NCBI GenBank assembly: GCA_034669905.1
Contig: JAXMOL010000005.1
Coordinates: 32,001 to 96,000 of the forward strand
DNA from: Candidatus Hydrogenedentota bacterium
Lineage (GTDB): Bacteria; Hydrogenedentota; Hydrogenedentia; Hydrogenedentales; JAEUWI01
Length of the DNA: 64,000 nt
Direction: 5' to 3'
Shown: piece by piece, positions 1 to 11,000 of the stretch
Layout: every line of letters begins with the position of its first letter
How positions within the stretch are numbered: the first letter of the stretch is position 1
Position numbers and translations under genes: made by a program
The notes under the pieces: model-generated
What the model saw: the letters and a program-made list of their open reading frames with translations, nothing else
Database searches by the model: none
Told to the model about the DNA's origin: nothing

Positions 1-519
1 ATCGGCCCGATACCCGACCTTACGTTCGAGGTGGTCCATGTCGGACTGAATCAGCCCCACGGTAAGGCCCAGGAACTCATAGATGGGGCGCATCCACTCG
101 GCGTCACGCTGGGCGAGATAATCGTTCACGGTCACGACGTGCACCCCGCGGCCGGTGAGGGCGTTGAGATACACGGGCAGGATCCCGACGAGGGTCTTAC
201 CTTCACCCGTAGTCATTTCGGCGATATTGCCCCGGTGCAGGGTCGTGCCACCGATAATCTGCACATCAAAGGGGCGCATGCCTGCGATACGCTTGGCCGC
301 TTCCCGGGCCACGGCGAAGGCTTCGGGCAGCAGGTCATCCAGTGTCTCCCCATCGGCGAGGCGCTGTTTGAAGAGGCCGGTCTGCTGACGCAGCTCATCA
401 TCGGTCATCCGGGTCATGCGCGCTTCTTCTGCGCAAACAGCAGATACCACAGGCAGAAAACGCTTTACTTCACGGTCTTTCTCAGTCCCGAAAAGGGCTG
501 TCAGTACTTTTTGAAACAC
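1..519 (-). CDS. secA: Preprotein translocase subunit SecA, 5' part (runs off the window; absent from the ORF track)
   Basis: Manual translation from GTG at 519: [12 protein letters not shown]...[18 protein letters not shown]...[11 protein letters not shown]...[12 protein letters not shown]...[22 protein letters not shown] upstream. Confidence 0.97.
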   Translation of the reverse strand, partial: MFQKVLTALFGTEKDREVKRFLPVVSAVCAEEARMTRMTDDELRQQTGLFKQRLADGETLDDLLPEAFAVAREAAKRIAGMRPFDVQIIGGTTLHRGNIAEMTTGEGKTLVGILPVYLNALTGRGVHVVTVNDYLAQRDAEWMRPIYEFLGLTVGLIQSDMDHLERKVGYRAD

Positions 520-770
520 TACGCTATGTTCTCCACCCGTAATGGGCCTTGTCATGTATTCCAACCACACCGGGATGTGGTGTCGGTTTTGTACTATCTG
601 ATACTATCGCATGATACCAAAGGGGGAAGAAGTATTTCTATGAACACCCGGGCAAGAGAATCGAGAAGTAGTCTATTATGAAGGACTTCCATCAAATAAG
701 CGGGGAAAATCATCCCTGGAACTCAGTTGTTGCTTTGCCGTCCCTGGCGGCCACCACGGGAGGGTGCTAG

Positions 771-2930
771 GTGTTTTTTCCCCTCTATCTCGCTGCGCTG
801 GGCATTTCTGCCGGTATCATCGGTATTTTCGGGCGACGCCTCCTGGTCCTGTCTGGCTACGTGCCGGATTTCGACGCGGGCCTTTCGGCAACCCTGATGA
901 TTGCCTGCGGCTACCTCCTGGTTCAAACGACCTACGGTGCCCTGATTCAACTCATCAAGCCCCACAAAGGCGTGGGACCCCATCTGACCGAAATCCTGTC
1001 CTTGTTGTCGGCGGCCGTCCTCCTCCCCTACCTGTTGAACGTCCCTATCCCCTGGCCGCACCCCAAGCTGGCGGACATGGAGCCCCTGATCTTTCTGGCG
1101 GTATTCGGGGGGCTGCACGTATTTTTCAAGCTGGCCACCTTATTTGCCGCGACCCAGGCCCCGCCGGCGACCCAGGTACGCATTGTCCCCTACGTTTTGG
1201 TGGGGGTTGTGGCGCTGCTGGGCACTCAACAGAGCTTCCAAACGTGGTATACATCTCTCACCGGCGTGCGGAGTGCCTCCCTGCGCAAGCAGGAACCCGC
1301 GCGGGTTGGAGATACCTATGCCTGGGCCCGCCCCATCACCGAGGGGCTTCAATACACCCTGGACTCCGGCACCGGGAAGGGCGAGCACCTGACCCTTCGC
1401 TGGGCCAATCCCGATGAAGAATCGCAGCGAATCGAAACGATCCACGTAACGTGCACCTTTCTGGATGCAGCGGGTGAGACCTTGCCCGGGGTTTGGAAAA
1501 ACGATGTAACCCTTCAGGCGCACAACTGGACCTCCCAACGCATTCCGGAGGATATGATACCCGCAGGCGCTTCCCAAGTCGCCCTTTCCTGGAGCCTGGA
1601 AGAAGAATCCGAGTGGGTGCGTCAGACCGGATTGCGCCCGACCCGTTCATCGGCAACCACCCTCCTCCTTTCCGGTCCCTACGTGCACAGTGCACCGGAA
1701 GCCTTTGAGCGCCCCAATCTGGTCGTCGTATTGGTGGAAGGGCTGGGCGCCGACCACATGGAACTCTTTGGCTACCATCGCCAGACCTCCCCCGCGCTCA
1801 CGACGCTGGCCAAACGCAGTTCCGTCTGGGAAAACACCTTTACCGCGTGCCCGGATGCCTTCAGCACCGCCGTCACCCTGATGACCGGTGTGTCGCCGCT
1901 GGTACACGGCGTGACCGATACCCAGCGGCCGGCCATACCCGAGAACCTCGCGACCTTACCCGAGCGCATGCGGGAAGCGGGCTACGTCACGGTGGCCTTC
2001 ACCGAAGGCGAGGGGGCCGACGGGGAAGATCTGGTCTTTGGCAGTGGCTTCGAGCGGGGATTTGAACTCTTCAACCCGGCCTATCCCGAAACGGCCGGGG
2101 CGGCGAAAGAAAACGGCCCGGCGCCCCTGGTTCCTCAGGGTTCCCGGATAACCCTTCAACGGGCCGCCGATTGGATAGCCAGCCACCGGGAAGAGGAGCG
2201 CTATCTGGTTTTCATTCGTCTCCGGGAACTGCGCAAGCCGTTTGAACTCAAGCGCTATGGTCCGGGTTTTATCAAGCCCTGGGAAAACATCCCTCAGCCC
2301 ATTGATGTCTATGACACCGCCGTGCTCGATGTGGATAAGCAATTGGGCCTCTTCGCCGAGCGCCTGCGCCAGATGGGCAGTTTCGACGACACCTGCCTGG
2401 TATTTACCTCGCCCTATGGTCTCGATTTCTCCGAGCCGGACCGTGGGGTCTGGCGGCGGGGCGGCCCCGGCGTTGCCCGCCTGACGGAGGAATCTATCCG
2501 GGTCCCCCTTATCATTTCGCTGCCCGAGGGAATCGGGCGCACACGCCGTCCCCTCGTTTCCCTGAACGCCGTGGGTCGGACCCTGGGCGATTTTGCGGGC
2601 GTGAGCCTCTCTCATAGTGCCGATGTACGCAGCCTCCTGGATCATAGCGCGGGAGAAGAACCGATTACCGTCATGGGTGACCCCATCGCCTTGTCGCTTC
2701 GCACGGAGGAGTGGCGCTACAATTGGCAGTCGGGTCTCCGTGCCGGTGATTTCGCCGACACCGGGTCTGCCACGACCCTGGGACTGTACAATATCGCTGA
2801 CTACCAGGAAACGTTTCAGAACAAGAACTTTGCCTCCCGCGAGCCCGGCATAGCGACTCGGTACCGCGAGCAGCTTGCCGCCTATTTAGCGGAATTTGTA
2901 CAGGCCGTCGCCGCTAATACGTCACCCTGA
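771..2930 (+). CDS. Membrane-anchored sulfatase-like (alkaline phosphatase superfamily) protein, active site degenerate
   Basis: About 5 N-terminal TM helices, then PNLVVVLVEGLGADHM, TLMTG, YDTAVLDVDKQLG and IRVPLII sulfatase-fold segments. Confidence 0.8.
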   Translation: MFFPLYLAALGISAGIIGIFGRRLLVLSGYVPDFDAGLSATLMIACGYLLVQTTYGALIQLIKPHKGVGPHLTEILSLLSAAVLLPYLLNVPIPWPHPKLADMEPLIFLAVFGGLHVFFKLATLFAATQAPPATQVRIVPYVLVGVVALLGTQQSFQTWYTSLTGVRSASLRKQEPARVGDTYAWARPITEGLQYTLDSGTGKGEHLTLRWANPDEESQRIETIHVTCTFLDAAGETLPGVWKNDVTLQAHNWTSQRIPEDMIPAGASQVALSWSLEEESEWVRQTGLRPTRSSATTLLLSGPYVHSAPEAFERPNLVVVLVEGLGADHMELFGYHRQTSPALTTLAKRSSVWENTFTACPDAFSTAVTLMTGVSPLVHGVTDTQRPAIPENLATLPERMREAGYVTVAFTEGEGADGEDLVFGSGFERGFELFNPAYPETAGAAKENGPAPLVPQGSRITLQRAADWIASHREEERYLVFIRLRELRKPFELKRYGPGFIKPWENIPQPIDVYDTAVLDVDKQLGLFAERLRQMGSFDDTCLVFTSPYGLDFSEPDRGVWRRGGPGVARLTEESIRVPLIISLPEGIGRTRRPLVSLNAVGRTLGDFAGVSLSHSADVRSLLDHSAGEEPITVMGDPIALSLRTEEWRYNWQSGLRAGDFADTGSATTLGLYNIADYQETFQNKNFASREPGIATRYREQLAAYLAEFVQAVAANTSP

Positions 2931-2961
2931 CTTCATTCGACCGTCAAAAGGATTCGATTAC

Positions 2962-3819
2962 GTGATCACGCTTCGCTTCAAACCAAGTTTCCTGCTCCTC
3001 TCCAGCCTCTTCCTGATGGGGCTCTTGCTCCCTTTTCCCCACACTCGGGCAACGGCAGAATCCTGCACCTTCGTCCAGCTCTGCGACACCCAGTTGGGTA
3101 TGGGAGGCTACGAGGAAGACAAGGCCCGATTCCGCGCAGCGGTCAAGGCAATCAACGCCATGGACGTTAATTGGGTCGTCATTTGTGGCGATCTGGTTGA
3201 TAACGGCGGCGACGAAAAGGCCATTGCCGACTTTCGTGCGATCGTGGAAACCTTCACGGTGCCCTGTTATCTGGCGCCCGGCAACCACGACGTGGGGGGG
3301 GTACCGACAGAAGCCACCCTGGCACGCTATCGCAAGGCCCACGGCCCCGATTACTTTTCCGTGGAGAACTCCGGATTCAAGATTATGATCTTGAACACCC
3401 AGTTCTGGAAGGGCCCCATGGCTGGCGAGACCGAAAAACATGATGCCTGGTATCTCAAGGAATTGGCCCAGGCCAAGCAGTCCGAAACGCCGGTCTTGCT
3501 GGTAAGTCACTACCCGCCCTTTCTCGAAAAAGCCGATGAAGAGGAGATCTACTACAATCTTCCCCTCGAAGCCCGGGCACGGGTTTTGAAGGCGGCCCAG
3601 GAAAATGGGGTCCGCGCGTGGCTCGCCGGCCATGCCCACAAGAATGTGTTGACAGAATACGAGGGCTTCCCCATTGTCGTGTCCGCCACCACAAGCAAGA
3701 ACTTCGACGGCGCGCCCTATGGCTTCCGGGTCTGGAACGTGGACGAAAACGGTGCGCTGAGCCACACCTATGAGGCCCTTGAGCTCCCCGAGGAATTGCA
3801 GAAACCCAGGAAGAAGTAA
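2962..3819 (+). CDS. Secreted calcineurin-like metallophosphoesterase
   Basis: Signal peptide; DTQ, GDLVD, GNHD, SHYPP and GHAH motifs; GTG start chosen after the upstream stop. Confidence 0.9.
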   Translation: MITLRFKPSFLLLSSLFLMGLLLPFPHTRATAESCTFVQLCDTQLGMGGYEEDKARFRAAVKAINAMDVNWVVICGDLVDNGGDEKAIADFRAIVETFTVPCYLAPGNHDVGGVPTEATLARYRKAHGPDYFSVENSGFKIMILNTQFWKGPMAGETEKHDAWYLKELAQAKQSETPVLLVSHYPPFLEKADEEEIYYNLPLEARARVLKAAQENGVRAWLAGHAHKNVLTEYEGFPIVVSATTSKNFDGAPYGFRVWNVDENGALSHTYEALELPEELQKPRKK

Positions 3820-3855
3820 GCAACCGTACGGCAGGTATTCAGGAAGGAAGACACC

Positions 3856-6621
3856 ATGGGTCTCTTAACGTTCGGCGTTCTCGTGGCAGCAGGTCTGCTG
3901 ACCACACCCGGTGCCGTTCAGTATGTAGACCTGGAAGACGGGTGGACCCTGGAAAACACGGGAGCCTGGCAAAGCCGGGTGGACCACCGAAACCTCCTGG
4001 CCATGCACCACCCCTGGGCTCCCAGTGAAGCCAATCGCTTTTCGATGGCCCAGAAGAGTGTCACCATCCCACCCGACTGGGGTGACACGGTCACCCTCCA
4101 CTTTTACAGCAGTGACGACTACCACGGGGTCCCAATGAAAGACACGCCCGCGGTGGGCTTCGTGGGGCACCGGAGAAAGCAGGTCCTGGTCAACAGCAAC
4201 CCCGTTTGGACCCACGACGTGGCGGACGCAGTCCTTCCTGGCCTGTCGCCCACCTACCAGGTTCGTTTGGAGGTTCCCAAAGACGATCGGACCCTTCGTA
4301 TCGCCCTGCTCGCCTATGATGCCGTTGCGTCCACCGAACAGACACGAGACGACTTTTATACCCCCCGAAATCGCGGCCTGGTTCGGGAGGACGACCCCGA
4401 TGCCCATCGATTTCGGACCACGGTCTACTGGGGAGACCTGACCCTGCTCTCCGGAGACTCGGCGGCAGGTACCCCGCCCCGCCCCGCCGAGCGGCTCGTC
4501 TTGAAACGTCACAATCGCTATTGGCCTCCCACCCCGCCCGAAACGGATACGTGGGGCAAATCACGGACGAAATTCAAGGTGTCGGCCCCAGGTGGTATCC
4601 CAAAAGACGGCTTCCCCCTGGAAATGGGAATTCCCATTCCGCCCGGTGCCGCGCCCTCGCCGGAAGCCCTTCGATTCACGCGGGCCAACGGTGGGGCCCA
4701 GTACGCACAAAAGCAGGTCGCCGCCTCCTGGCCCGACGCCTCGTTGCGGTGGATTCTGGCCCAAATGCCCGTAACTCCGACGACAGGCGACCTGACGCTG
4801 GCCTTTTCGAAAGACACGGCGAAGGCACCCGGCGAAATCAAGGTGGTCGAGAGCGACGGAGGGATTGAGGTCTCCAGTGGAAAAGTGTCGTTAAAACAAG
4901 GGCCCGGGGATCCCTTAAACGCCATCGCCTATCGTGGGAAAGCCGCCTTCACCGGGCTGCAATTGGCAGTGGAGGTTGGGGGAAAAATCATCCCCGGCAC
5001 GAATGACAACGGGCAGGTCATTGACGAAGGTCCCTTTCACACCCGGCTGGTCATGGAAGGGCGATTCGAAGGACTGGACACCTCCTATGGCACCTATGCC
5101 CTCTATTGCTCCCTCTATAGGAATCTTCCCTATATTAAATTCTGGCTCCGCTACTTTAACGATACCACCCGGCCCCAGTCCCTCTCCCAACTGAATTTCA
5201 CCCTGACCCTCCCGGCCCCGCTGGAGGACATCACCCTCCCCCACGGTACCGTGACGCCCCCCGTGGACCTGACCCAACAACAGGTCGAAGTCTATCGGGT
5301 CAACGGGGAGTCCCAGGTACTGGATGCGCCCTTCTATCTACAGTGGGCGCAAGGGGCGCTGGTGGTCAAGGACTTTGCCCAACTGCATCCGAAGGGCATC
5401 CAGGTGGACGAGGAACGCCTGACCCTTTCGCTGGTTGCCGGTGGTCCGTCGCCGGTAACTTTCGCACCGGGCGAAGCCAAGAGTCATGAGATCTGGTTGG
5501 CCCTCGGTCCCACCGATGGCGCACAGCTGGCGGCCACCGTGGCCCAACCGCCGCTGTTGGTGAATGCGGACTACTTCACGCGCACCGGTGTCTTCGGGCC
5601 CGCAGCGCCCCTTCGCGCAGAAAGCCCCTGGACCGCTTTCGCGGCAAAGACCTATGGCGACCAATCGCTTGCCCAACTCGGCATGCGCACGGGGGTCCGC
5701 CACTACCCGGACGAGCCCTATCTCGGCCGCGCGGATTCCTGGTCGAACAATTACAACGGGCGCCTGAGCAGCCTTTGGAGCGCCTGGCTGGCTACGGGAG
5801 ACCGTGCCTGGTTTGACCGGGCCGTGGCCTTCTCCAGCCATCTCATGGATGTGGCCATCGTGCATTCGGACGTCCCGGGTGAAGATTGGCTGGGCGCCCT
5901 CCATGGCCCGGGACCCAATCATGTCGCTGGCCCGTGGAATCCCCTGCTGCGGGGCGAAGGCTTTGCCCACTTTGCCCGGTGGACAGGCAATCCGGAAGCG
6001 GAGTCGGCCTTCCTGGGAATCGCCGACTTCTGTGTGCGCACCCATGCGGGACGCCGCGGCCCCAACGTGCGCCATTGGGCGGGTCCGTTTTCGAGTATCG
6101 TCGCGGCCTATCGGGAGACGGGTGAGATTGGCCTGCTGGAAGCGGGCACGGAACGCCTCACCGGAATGTTTCAGCAGGTAGATCGTCGCCGGGGCACCTG
6201 GATAGACTGGCATGGCGACGGAACCTATCCGGGCAATGTTCCGTGGATGGCCGCCCAACTGGCCCAGCCCCTCTATACGTGGTATCAGGAAACGGGCGAC
6301 GTGGAAGCGGCCCAACTTCTGGTGGGGTTGGCAGAGTCGCTGATCTGTGAAAATACGCCGTGGGATAGGCCGGGTGCCATGCGCACCTACTCTCCCGTAC
6401 CGTGGTATCCTGAGACGACCGCCTATGACCCCTTCATCATTCCCCTGATTGGGGCCGCGTACGAACTGACAGAAGACCCCTTCTTCAAAGAGGCGGCGCT
6501 GGCGCAGTGGAAGCGTTGGCGCGCCCAGCCCGAGTTCCAGCCGGTGTTTAATCTATCGTGGCACCTGCCCTGGCTCAATGCGGTGCTGGCAGCGTTGGAA
6601 GCAGAAACACCCCCAACGTAA
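3856..6621 (+). CDS. Large secreted protein, possibly related to exo-rhamnogalacturonan lyase/YetA-like proteins
   Basis: Signal peptide; PLEMGIPIPPG and SWPDASLRW segments, a beta-rich middle and a helical C-terminal region. Confidence 0.5.
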   Translation: MGLLTFGVLVAAGLLTTPGAVQYVDLEDGWTLENTGAWQSRVDHRNLLAMHHPWAPSEANRFSMAQKSVTIPPDWGDTVTLHFYSSDDYHGVPMKDTPAVGFVGHRRKQVLVNSNPVWTHDVADAVLPGLSPTYQVRLEVPKDDRTLRIALLAYDAVASTEQTRDDFYTPRNRGLVREDDPDAHRFRTTVYWGDLTLLSGDSAAGTPPRPAERLVLKRHNRYWPPTPPETDTWGKSRTKFKVSAPGGIPKDGFPLEMGIPIPPGAAPSPEALRFTRANGGAQYAQKQVAASWPDASLRWILAQMPVTPTTGDLTLAFSKDTAKAPGEIKVVESDGGIEVSSGKVSLKQGPGDPLNAIAYRGKAAFTGLQLAVEVGGKIIPGTNDNGQVIDEGPFHTRLVMEGRFEGLDTSYGTYALYCSLYRNLPYIKFWLRYFNDTTRPQSLSQLNFTLTLPAPLEDITLPHGTVTPPVDLTQQQVEVYRVNGESQVLDAPFYLQWAQGALVVKDFAQLHPKGIQVDEERLTLSLVAGGPSPVTFAPGEAKSHEIWLALGPTDGAQLAATVAQPPLLVNADYFTRTGVFGPAAPLRAESPWTAFAAKTYGDQSLAQLGMRTGVRHYPDEPYLGRADSWSNNYNGRLSSLWSAWLATGDRAWFDRAVAFSSHLMDVAIVHSDVPGEDWLGALHGPGPNHVAGPWNPLLRGEGFAHFARWTGNPEAESAFLGIADFCVRTHAGRRGPNVRHWAGPFSSIVAAYRETGEIGLLEAGTERLTGMFQQVDRRRGTWIDWHGDGTYPGNVPWMAAQLAQPLYTWYQETGDVEAAQLLVGLAESLICENTPWDRPGAMRTYSPVPWYPETTAYDPFIIPLIGAAYELTEDPFFKEAALAQWKRWRAQPEFQPVFNLSWHLPWLNAVLAALEAETPPT

Positions 6622-6816
6622 ACGGTTCATGGGCGCATTGTGGGAAACCCCACTTTAGAAAGACAAATCAGGGCAAGAACGTACCGTGCGCCCCCAAAAT
6701 GGCGCGTATCAACCAGTCTGCTACCCTCGTGCCTCGGGGTCGCGCGACACGTCCGACATCAATCCGCTTGCGCAGTATAGTGGTATTGCTTGGTGGTTGC
6801 AGGCATTTTTCAACGA

Positions 6817-7027
6817 GTATGGGCCGGACTTTCAGCCCTTATTGTGAATAACCTCGGTTTCCTGAGGCTTCGCCCCAGGCTGCTATGTATCGCACCTTTG
6901 GCGCTTTAGAGGTGGGCTTGGTAGCATCGCGGAAAACGTTTGTGGGGCCAACGGCCCGGTACTATATCTACATGGGGAAACGGCCCAATTTTTCGAGCCC
7001 ACAAAAACGTTACGGGCTGAACGTCCG
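6817..7027. repeat. Cluster of degenerate REP-like palindromic units in nested inverted arrangement
   Basis: 6825-6838 and 7014-7027 match 13/14 as an inverted pair; 6859-6905 (CCTGAGGCTTCGCCCCAGG...) and 6944-6988 form a looser inverted pair. Confidence 0.5.
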
Positions 7028-7149
7028 TGCCGACGCCTTCGCGAACATACCGAAAGGAGGGGGCGATACAAATTCCCGATCGGCAATGTCCATCTACCTG
7101 AAGCGCTCCAATCGATCTCGCCTCATTGCTTGCCCATACCCCGAACAAA

Positions 7150-8037
7150 TCAGCGGGTAGTTTTGTCTGTACTCCACAGCCCGGGTAGCGCGGCACTGAC
7201 GAGTAATACGCCAATCAGTATCCAACCGAGATTCCCCGTCAAGGGCGGTGACTGCTGTTGGAACAGGTGCTCCCAGATTCCGCAGGCCTGACCTGCGATG
7301 CCGCCCAGGGCCAGGGCGCAGAGCCCCAGATGCTCGGTGCGGCGCTTTATGGTGCCCAGCACCAGGCTCAAGACCATGCACAGGGCAAGCGCCCGCAACT
7401 GTGTTTCCCATAGCCCCGTAAAGTCCCCCACTTCCCGGTGCCATCCATAGAGGAGCGGGAAAAACCACAGTCCCCAACACAGGCCGACCACCAGGTTGGC
7501 GGGTAGGGCCCCCAGGGGCAAGAGTCGGGGCAGCAAGTAGCCCCGCCATCCGAATTCAGAACCCAGGGCAATCAAGGCGAAGAGCGTTGCGCCCAGTCCA
7601 ATGCTGACCAGCGGATAGGTCACGAAGATAATCCCTGGTGCCAGGGCGCGCACGTTGGGTGCGAGGGGTTCCGCTGAGACCGCCTCAACTTCGTTCAGGA
7701 GCCCTGCCAGGTTCCATTGGGGATAGGTCAGCCCCAGCAGCGTTGCCAACCCATAACTGAGTGCAAATACCCCCAGGGGCATCAGCAAGACCCGCAGTGC
7801 GGCCCCTTTCGAGATGGGCCAGAACTGCGCCAGAGGTGATGGGGCTGCAGACGGCACCATGAAGCCCGCCGCCAGGGCGGACAGGGCCGGTATCCCCATG
7901 AGTAACACCTGTGCCAGATATTGAAAGGCATTGGGCGATTGGAAGGCGAGGGCGCCTTCGGCGAGCAAGACAAAGGTCAACCCGAAAACGAGCAAAAAAC
8001 TCATGCCCAGATAGAGGGCGATACCTTTAAAATCCAT
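7150..8037 (-). CDS. CPBP (CAAX/Abi) family intramembrane protease-like protein, catalytic motifs degenerate
   Basis: Multi-TM protein with ALGSEFGWRGYLLPRL and GLCWGLWFFP. Confidence 0.8.
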   Translation of the reverse strand: MDFKGIALYLGMSFLLVFGLTFVLLAEGALAFQSPNAFQYLAQVLLMGIPALSALAAGFMVPSAAPSPLAQFWPISKGAALRVLLMPLGVFALSYGLATLLGLTYPQWNLAGLLNEVEAVSAEPLAPNVRALAPGIIFVTYPLVSIGLGATLFALIALGSEFGWRGYLLPRLLPLGALPANLVVGLCWGLWFFPLLYGWHREVGDFTGLWETQLRALALCMVLSLVLGTIKRRTEHLGLCALALGGIAGQACGIWEHLFQQQSPPLTGNLGWILIGVLLVSAALPGLWSTDKTTR

Positions 8038-8058
8038 AGAGAACGTTTTAACTCCCCT

Positions 8059-11000
8059 TCAGTTTCTGGCCCGAGGTGGTGGCGGTGTCGCCCCGTCCGC
8101 TGCCGTGCCCGCTTCCACGTCTACGGATGACACGCCCGAAACTGGCTGGTACTCTACCAGGCCGTTGGCCGCGAGTTTCATGACAACGGGAAAGGTTGCA
8201 TCGGGATCACTCAGCGAAAATACAATATTCTGACTCTTGAAGGGGGCCACCGACACCGTCGCACGGCGGGGTGCGACCGTAACGGCGGGAAAATCCCTTC
8301 CCTCACCCCAGTGCTCGGGCGACGCGATGGCATCCAGGTAGCCCTTGGCGTAGACACTGCTGTTGTTGCGGATGGAAACCCGAATCTGGGCACCGTTGCG
8401 ACTGGTCTCCATCACGTAGGGCGCTTCATTGGTCATGAGCACATCGCGGTAGGTCTGGCGCTCGAAGGTTGTCTCGGCCACGACCGCCATCTCCGCTTCC
8501 ATGCCGGGCGTTCGGGCCAGTTGAATGGTTTCCACCTGCTGTTCCCCTGCGCCAAGACTGTAATAGACACGCTGAGGTCCGAAGGTCAGGCCCGACGTGG
8601 CCTCGAGATTCACGGTCCCCTCCACGGTGCGATCGGTGGTGTGGTTACTCACGACCACTTCGATGGCGGGCGTATCGCCGCTCAACGTGCCCCGCAGTAA
8701 GAGGCCGAGGGGCATTTTCCGGACCGGTGCCGCACCGCGCCGCTCATCCCAGTAGCGCGTTTCCAGGACGCCGTGGGGCTCGGCCTCCCGACCGAGGCGG
8801 GCGAGTCCGTCCAAGGGCTTGGTCACATTGGGTAGAAACCACAGGGGCAGTACCTGAAACCCATTTGCCTCCAGCGATACGCCTCCGCCGGTGACCGGCC
8901 ACGGGGTCTGGGGCCGCTCCAATACGTCGGTGCCCTGGGCTTCCAACATACCGGTACTGCTCTGCAGCGTACCCGACCAGCGTGCCCCCGTCGGCTCCCA
9001 CGCGAGGAGGGTATAGCCATCGCGGGGATGGAAGGCGGTTCGGGTGTTCGTGGTCGTGGGAAATCCGGCTGGCTTCAAACCGCCCACCCGGAGCCCCGCG
9101 GGACTCATTTCCAGGAAGGCCTGCGTTGCGGGCAGATCGCCTGGATGCATTTTGGTGCGTGCCACCACGGGCTTCACGTTGAATCGGGCGGCCTTCTCGG
9201 GCACCTGGGCCGAACGCCAATCGCCCTGGAAGGGAAAAATCCCATAGCGGAATCGTGACACGTCGAGCAGTTCGGCCCCGTCGCCCCCGTTGCGTTCCAG
9301 GGGCGTGCGGTGCTGGAGCCCAAGAAGGAGCCGGCCATCTTTCTGTTGTGACACGGAAAGACTGCCGGGAAAGAGCAGGGCATTCCCGCGCGACGCCTCC
9401 GGTTGGATGCGGGGCGGCACATAGGCCGACGGCGGCAAGAGATAACGCTGGCCCGTGCGTACGGCTCGGGTAAGCTGGTCGGCCAGGTCCGCGCTCTGGG
9501 CCGGGGTAAGGCCCCCCAGCAACAGGGTCGGTACAGGGGCCACACCGTCGGGAACACGCGTATCGTTCATCAGGAGGCGTGCGCCACTTGGGATGCGGTC
9601 CACATACTCCTTCAAGGTTTCTTCGGATAATTGGGCAAGCAGGGGCCCACAAAAGCGGTTTTGATCGGGGGTACCCAACACGACCCGCATACGATAACCG
9701 GCGCGAAGATAGTCGTTGCTATCCTGCTCGGTGGTGCTGTCCGTCCAGAGAAAGTCGGGTTTTTCCGGCGCGTCCGGTTGGAGGATGCTGGGGATACCCC
9801 GGGTAATGAGGGCCTGCTGCAACTCCCGGGCAGGCCGTTCGAGTAGTTCGTGCCCATAGACAATAATCGTGGGTTCCCAGGGCACGACGCCGCCCGACCC
9901 GACCTGAATGGCATCGTTGGCACTCAAGGCTGCCCACTCGTAGGCGGGATAGGGTACGGTGCCCCCCACATTCTCTCCACCCCGGGTACGCAGCACGAAA
10001 TCGTCCTGGCCCCGCGCCCCTACCAGCGTGCCAAAGCGTTCCCCCACGAGAAAGCTGGCGCCGTCGGGCCGAAACTGAAAGGAAGCCACGGCAGCTTTGC
10101 CCGAAAGGCTTACACGGTCCAGCGTGGTGTCACATTCGACCCAGGGGATTCCCGCGTGAAGCGTGTAACGCTGGGTCAGCGTGCCGCCCCCAAATGGCGT
10201 CTCCACGGTGATACGTTGGCGGAAGGCCGTGACCTCCGCGCGAATCGACGAAGGCGCCGGGCTTCGGCCGCTGGGAGAGCCGGTCCATAGTTCCTGTCCC
10301 GCGCGATTCTCACTCTCCCGCTCGGTGAGCAGCAGAATTTCATTGAGCGGTCCCGATGCAATCTCATCCCCATTGCGCTTATCCAAGAGCGAACGAATCG
10401 CACCCGTCGCCGGGTCGACGAAGAGTGCCAGATGCTCATTCTCGATCTGCATGTCTTCCGTCACCAGGGCACGGGAAGCCCGCTCGGCAGCCTGCACGAA
10501 ATAGGTGGCGTATCCATAGGGCGGCAGGTCTTCCGCCAGGAAATCGAGGCGTTGCTCCCCTTGATAGGCTTCGCCCACGTGTGGGACGGGCGCTTCCCCT
10601 TCCGTGACGAGTTTGAGTCCGGCGTTGGGCGCGACGGGCACTTGCACGGACACTGGAAAGGTCCCCCGACTCCCCGTCGGATTAAAAACGACAAGGGCAT
10701 CGAAGAGCCCCTGATTGAGGGGCACCGTGCCCGCCGTGTCAACCAGCCCGGCGAGGTACTCGCTACTCCGTCGCAGGCTGTCATCGGTCCATTCGGCCAC
10801 TTCGCGGTAGGCCGCCAGGGCATCCAGGACGTGCCCGTCGTCCCGGGGCACCCCCAGGGTTTCGGGGGTACTGTAGTAAAGCAACTGACGCCACGCGAAC
10901 TCCATGGCACTGTGGGGATAGACGGCTCCCTGCAGACTGGCCAGGGTCGCGAGACTTTCCGCGTCTTCCAACTGGCGGGCCAACTCGGAGTGAAGCCGCT

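Noticed and set aside
190..222. SecA motif EMTTGEGKT instead of EMKTGEGKT
   Set aside because: This position varies among SecA proteins; Walker A is intact
31..681. 216 aa plus-strand ORF
   Set aside because: Antisense shadow of secA
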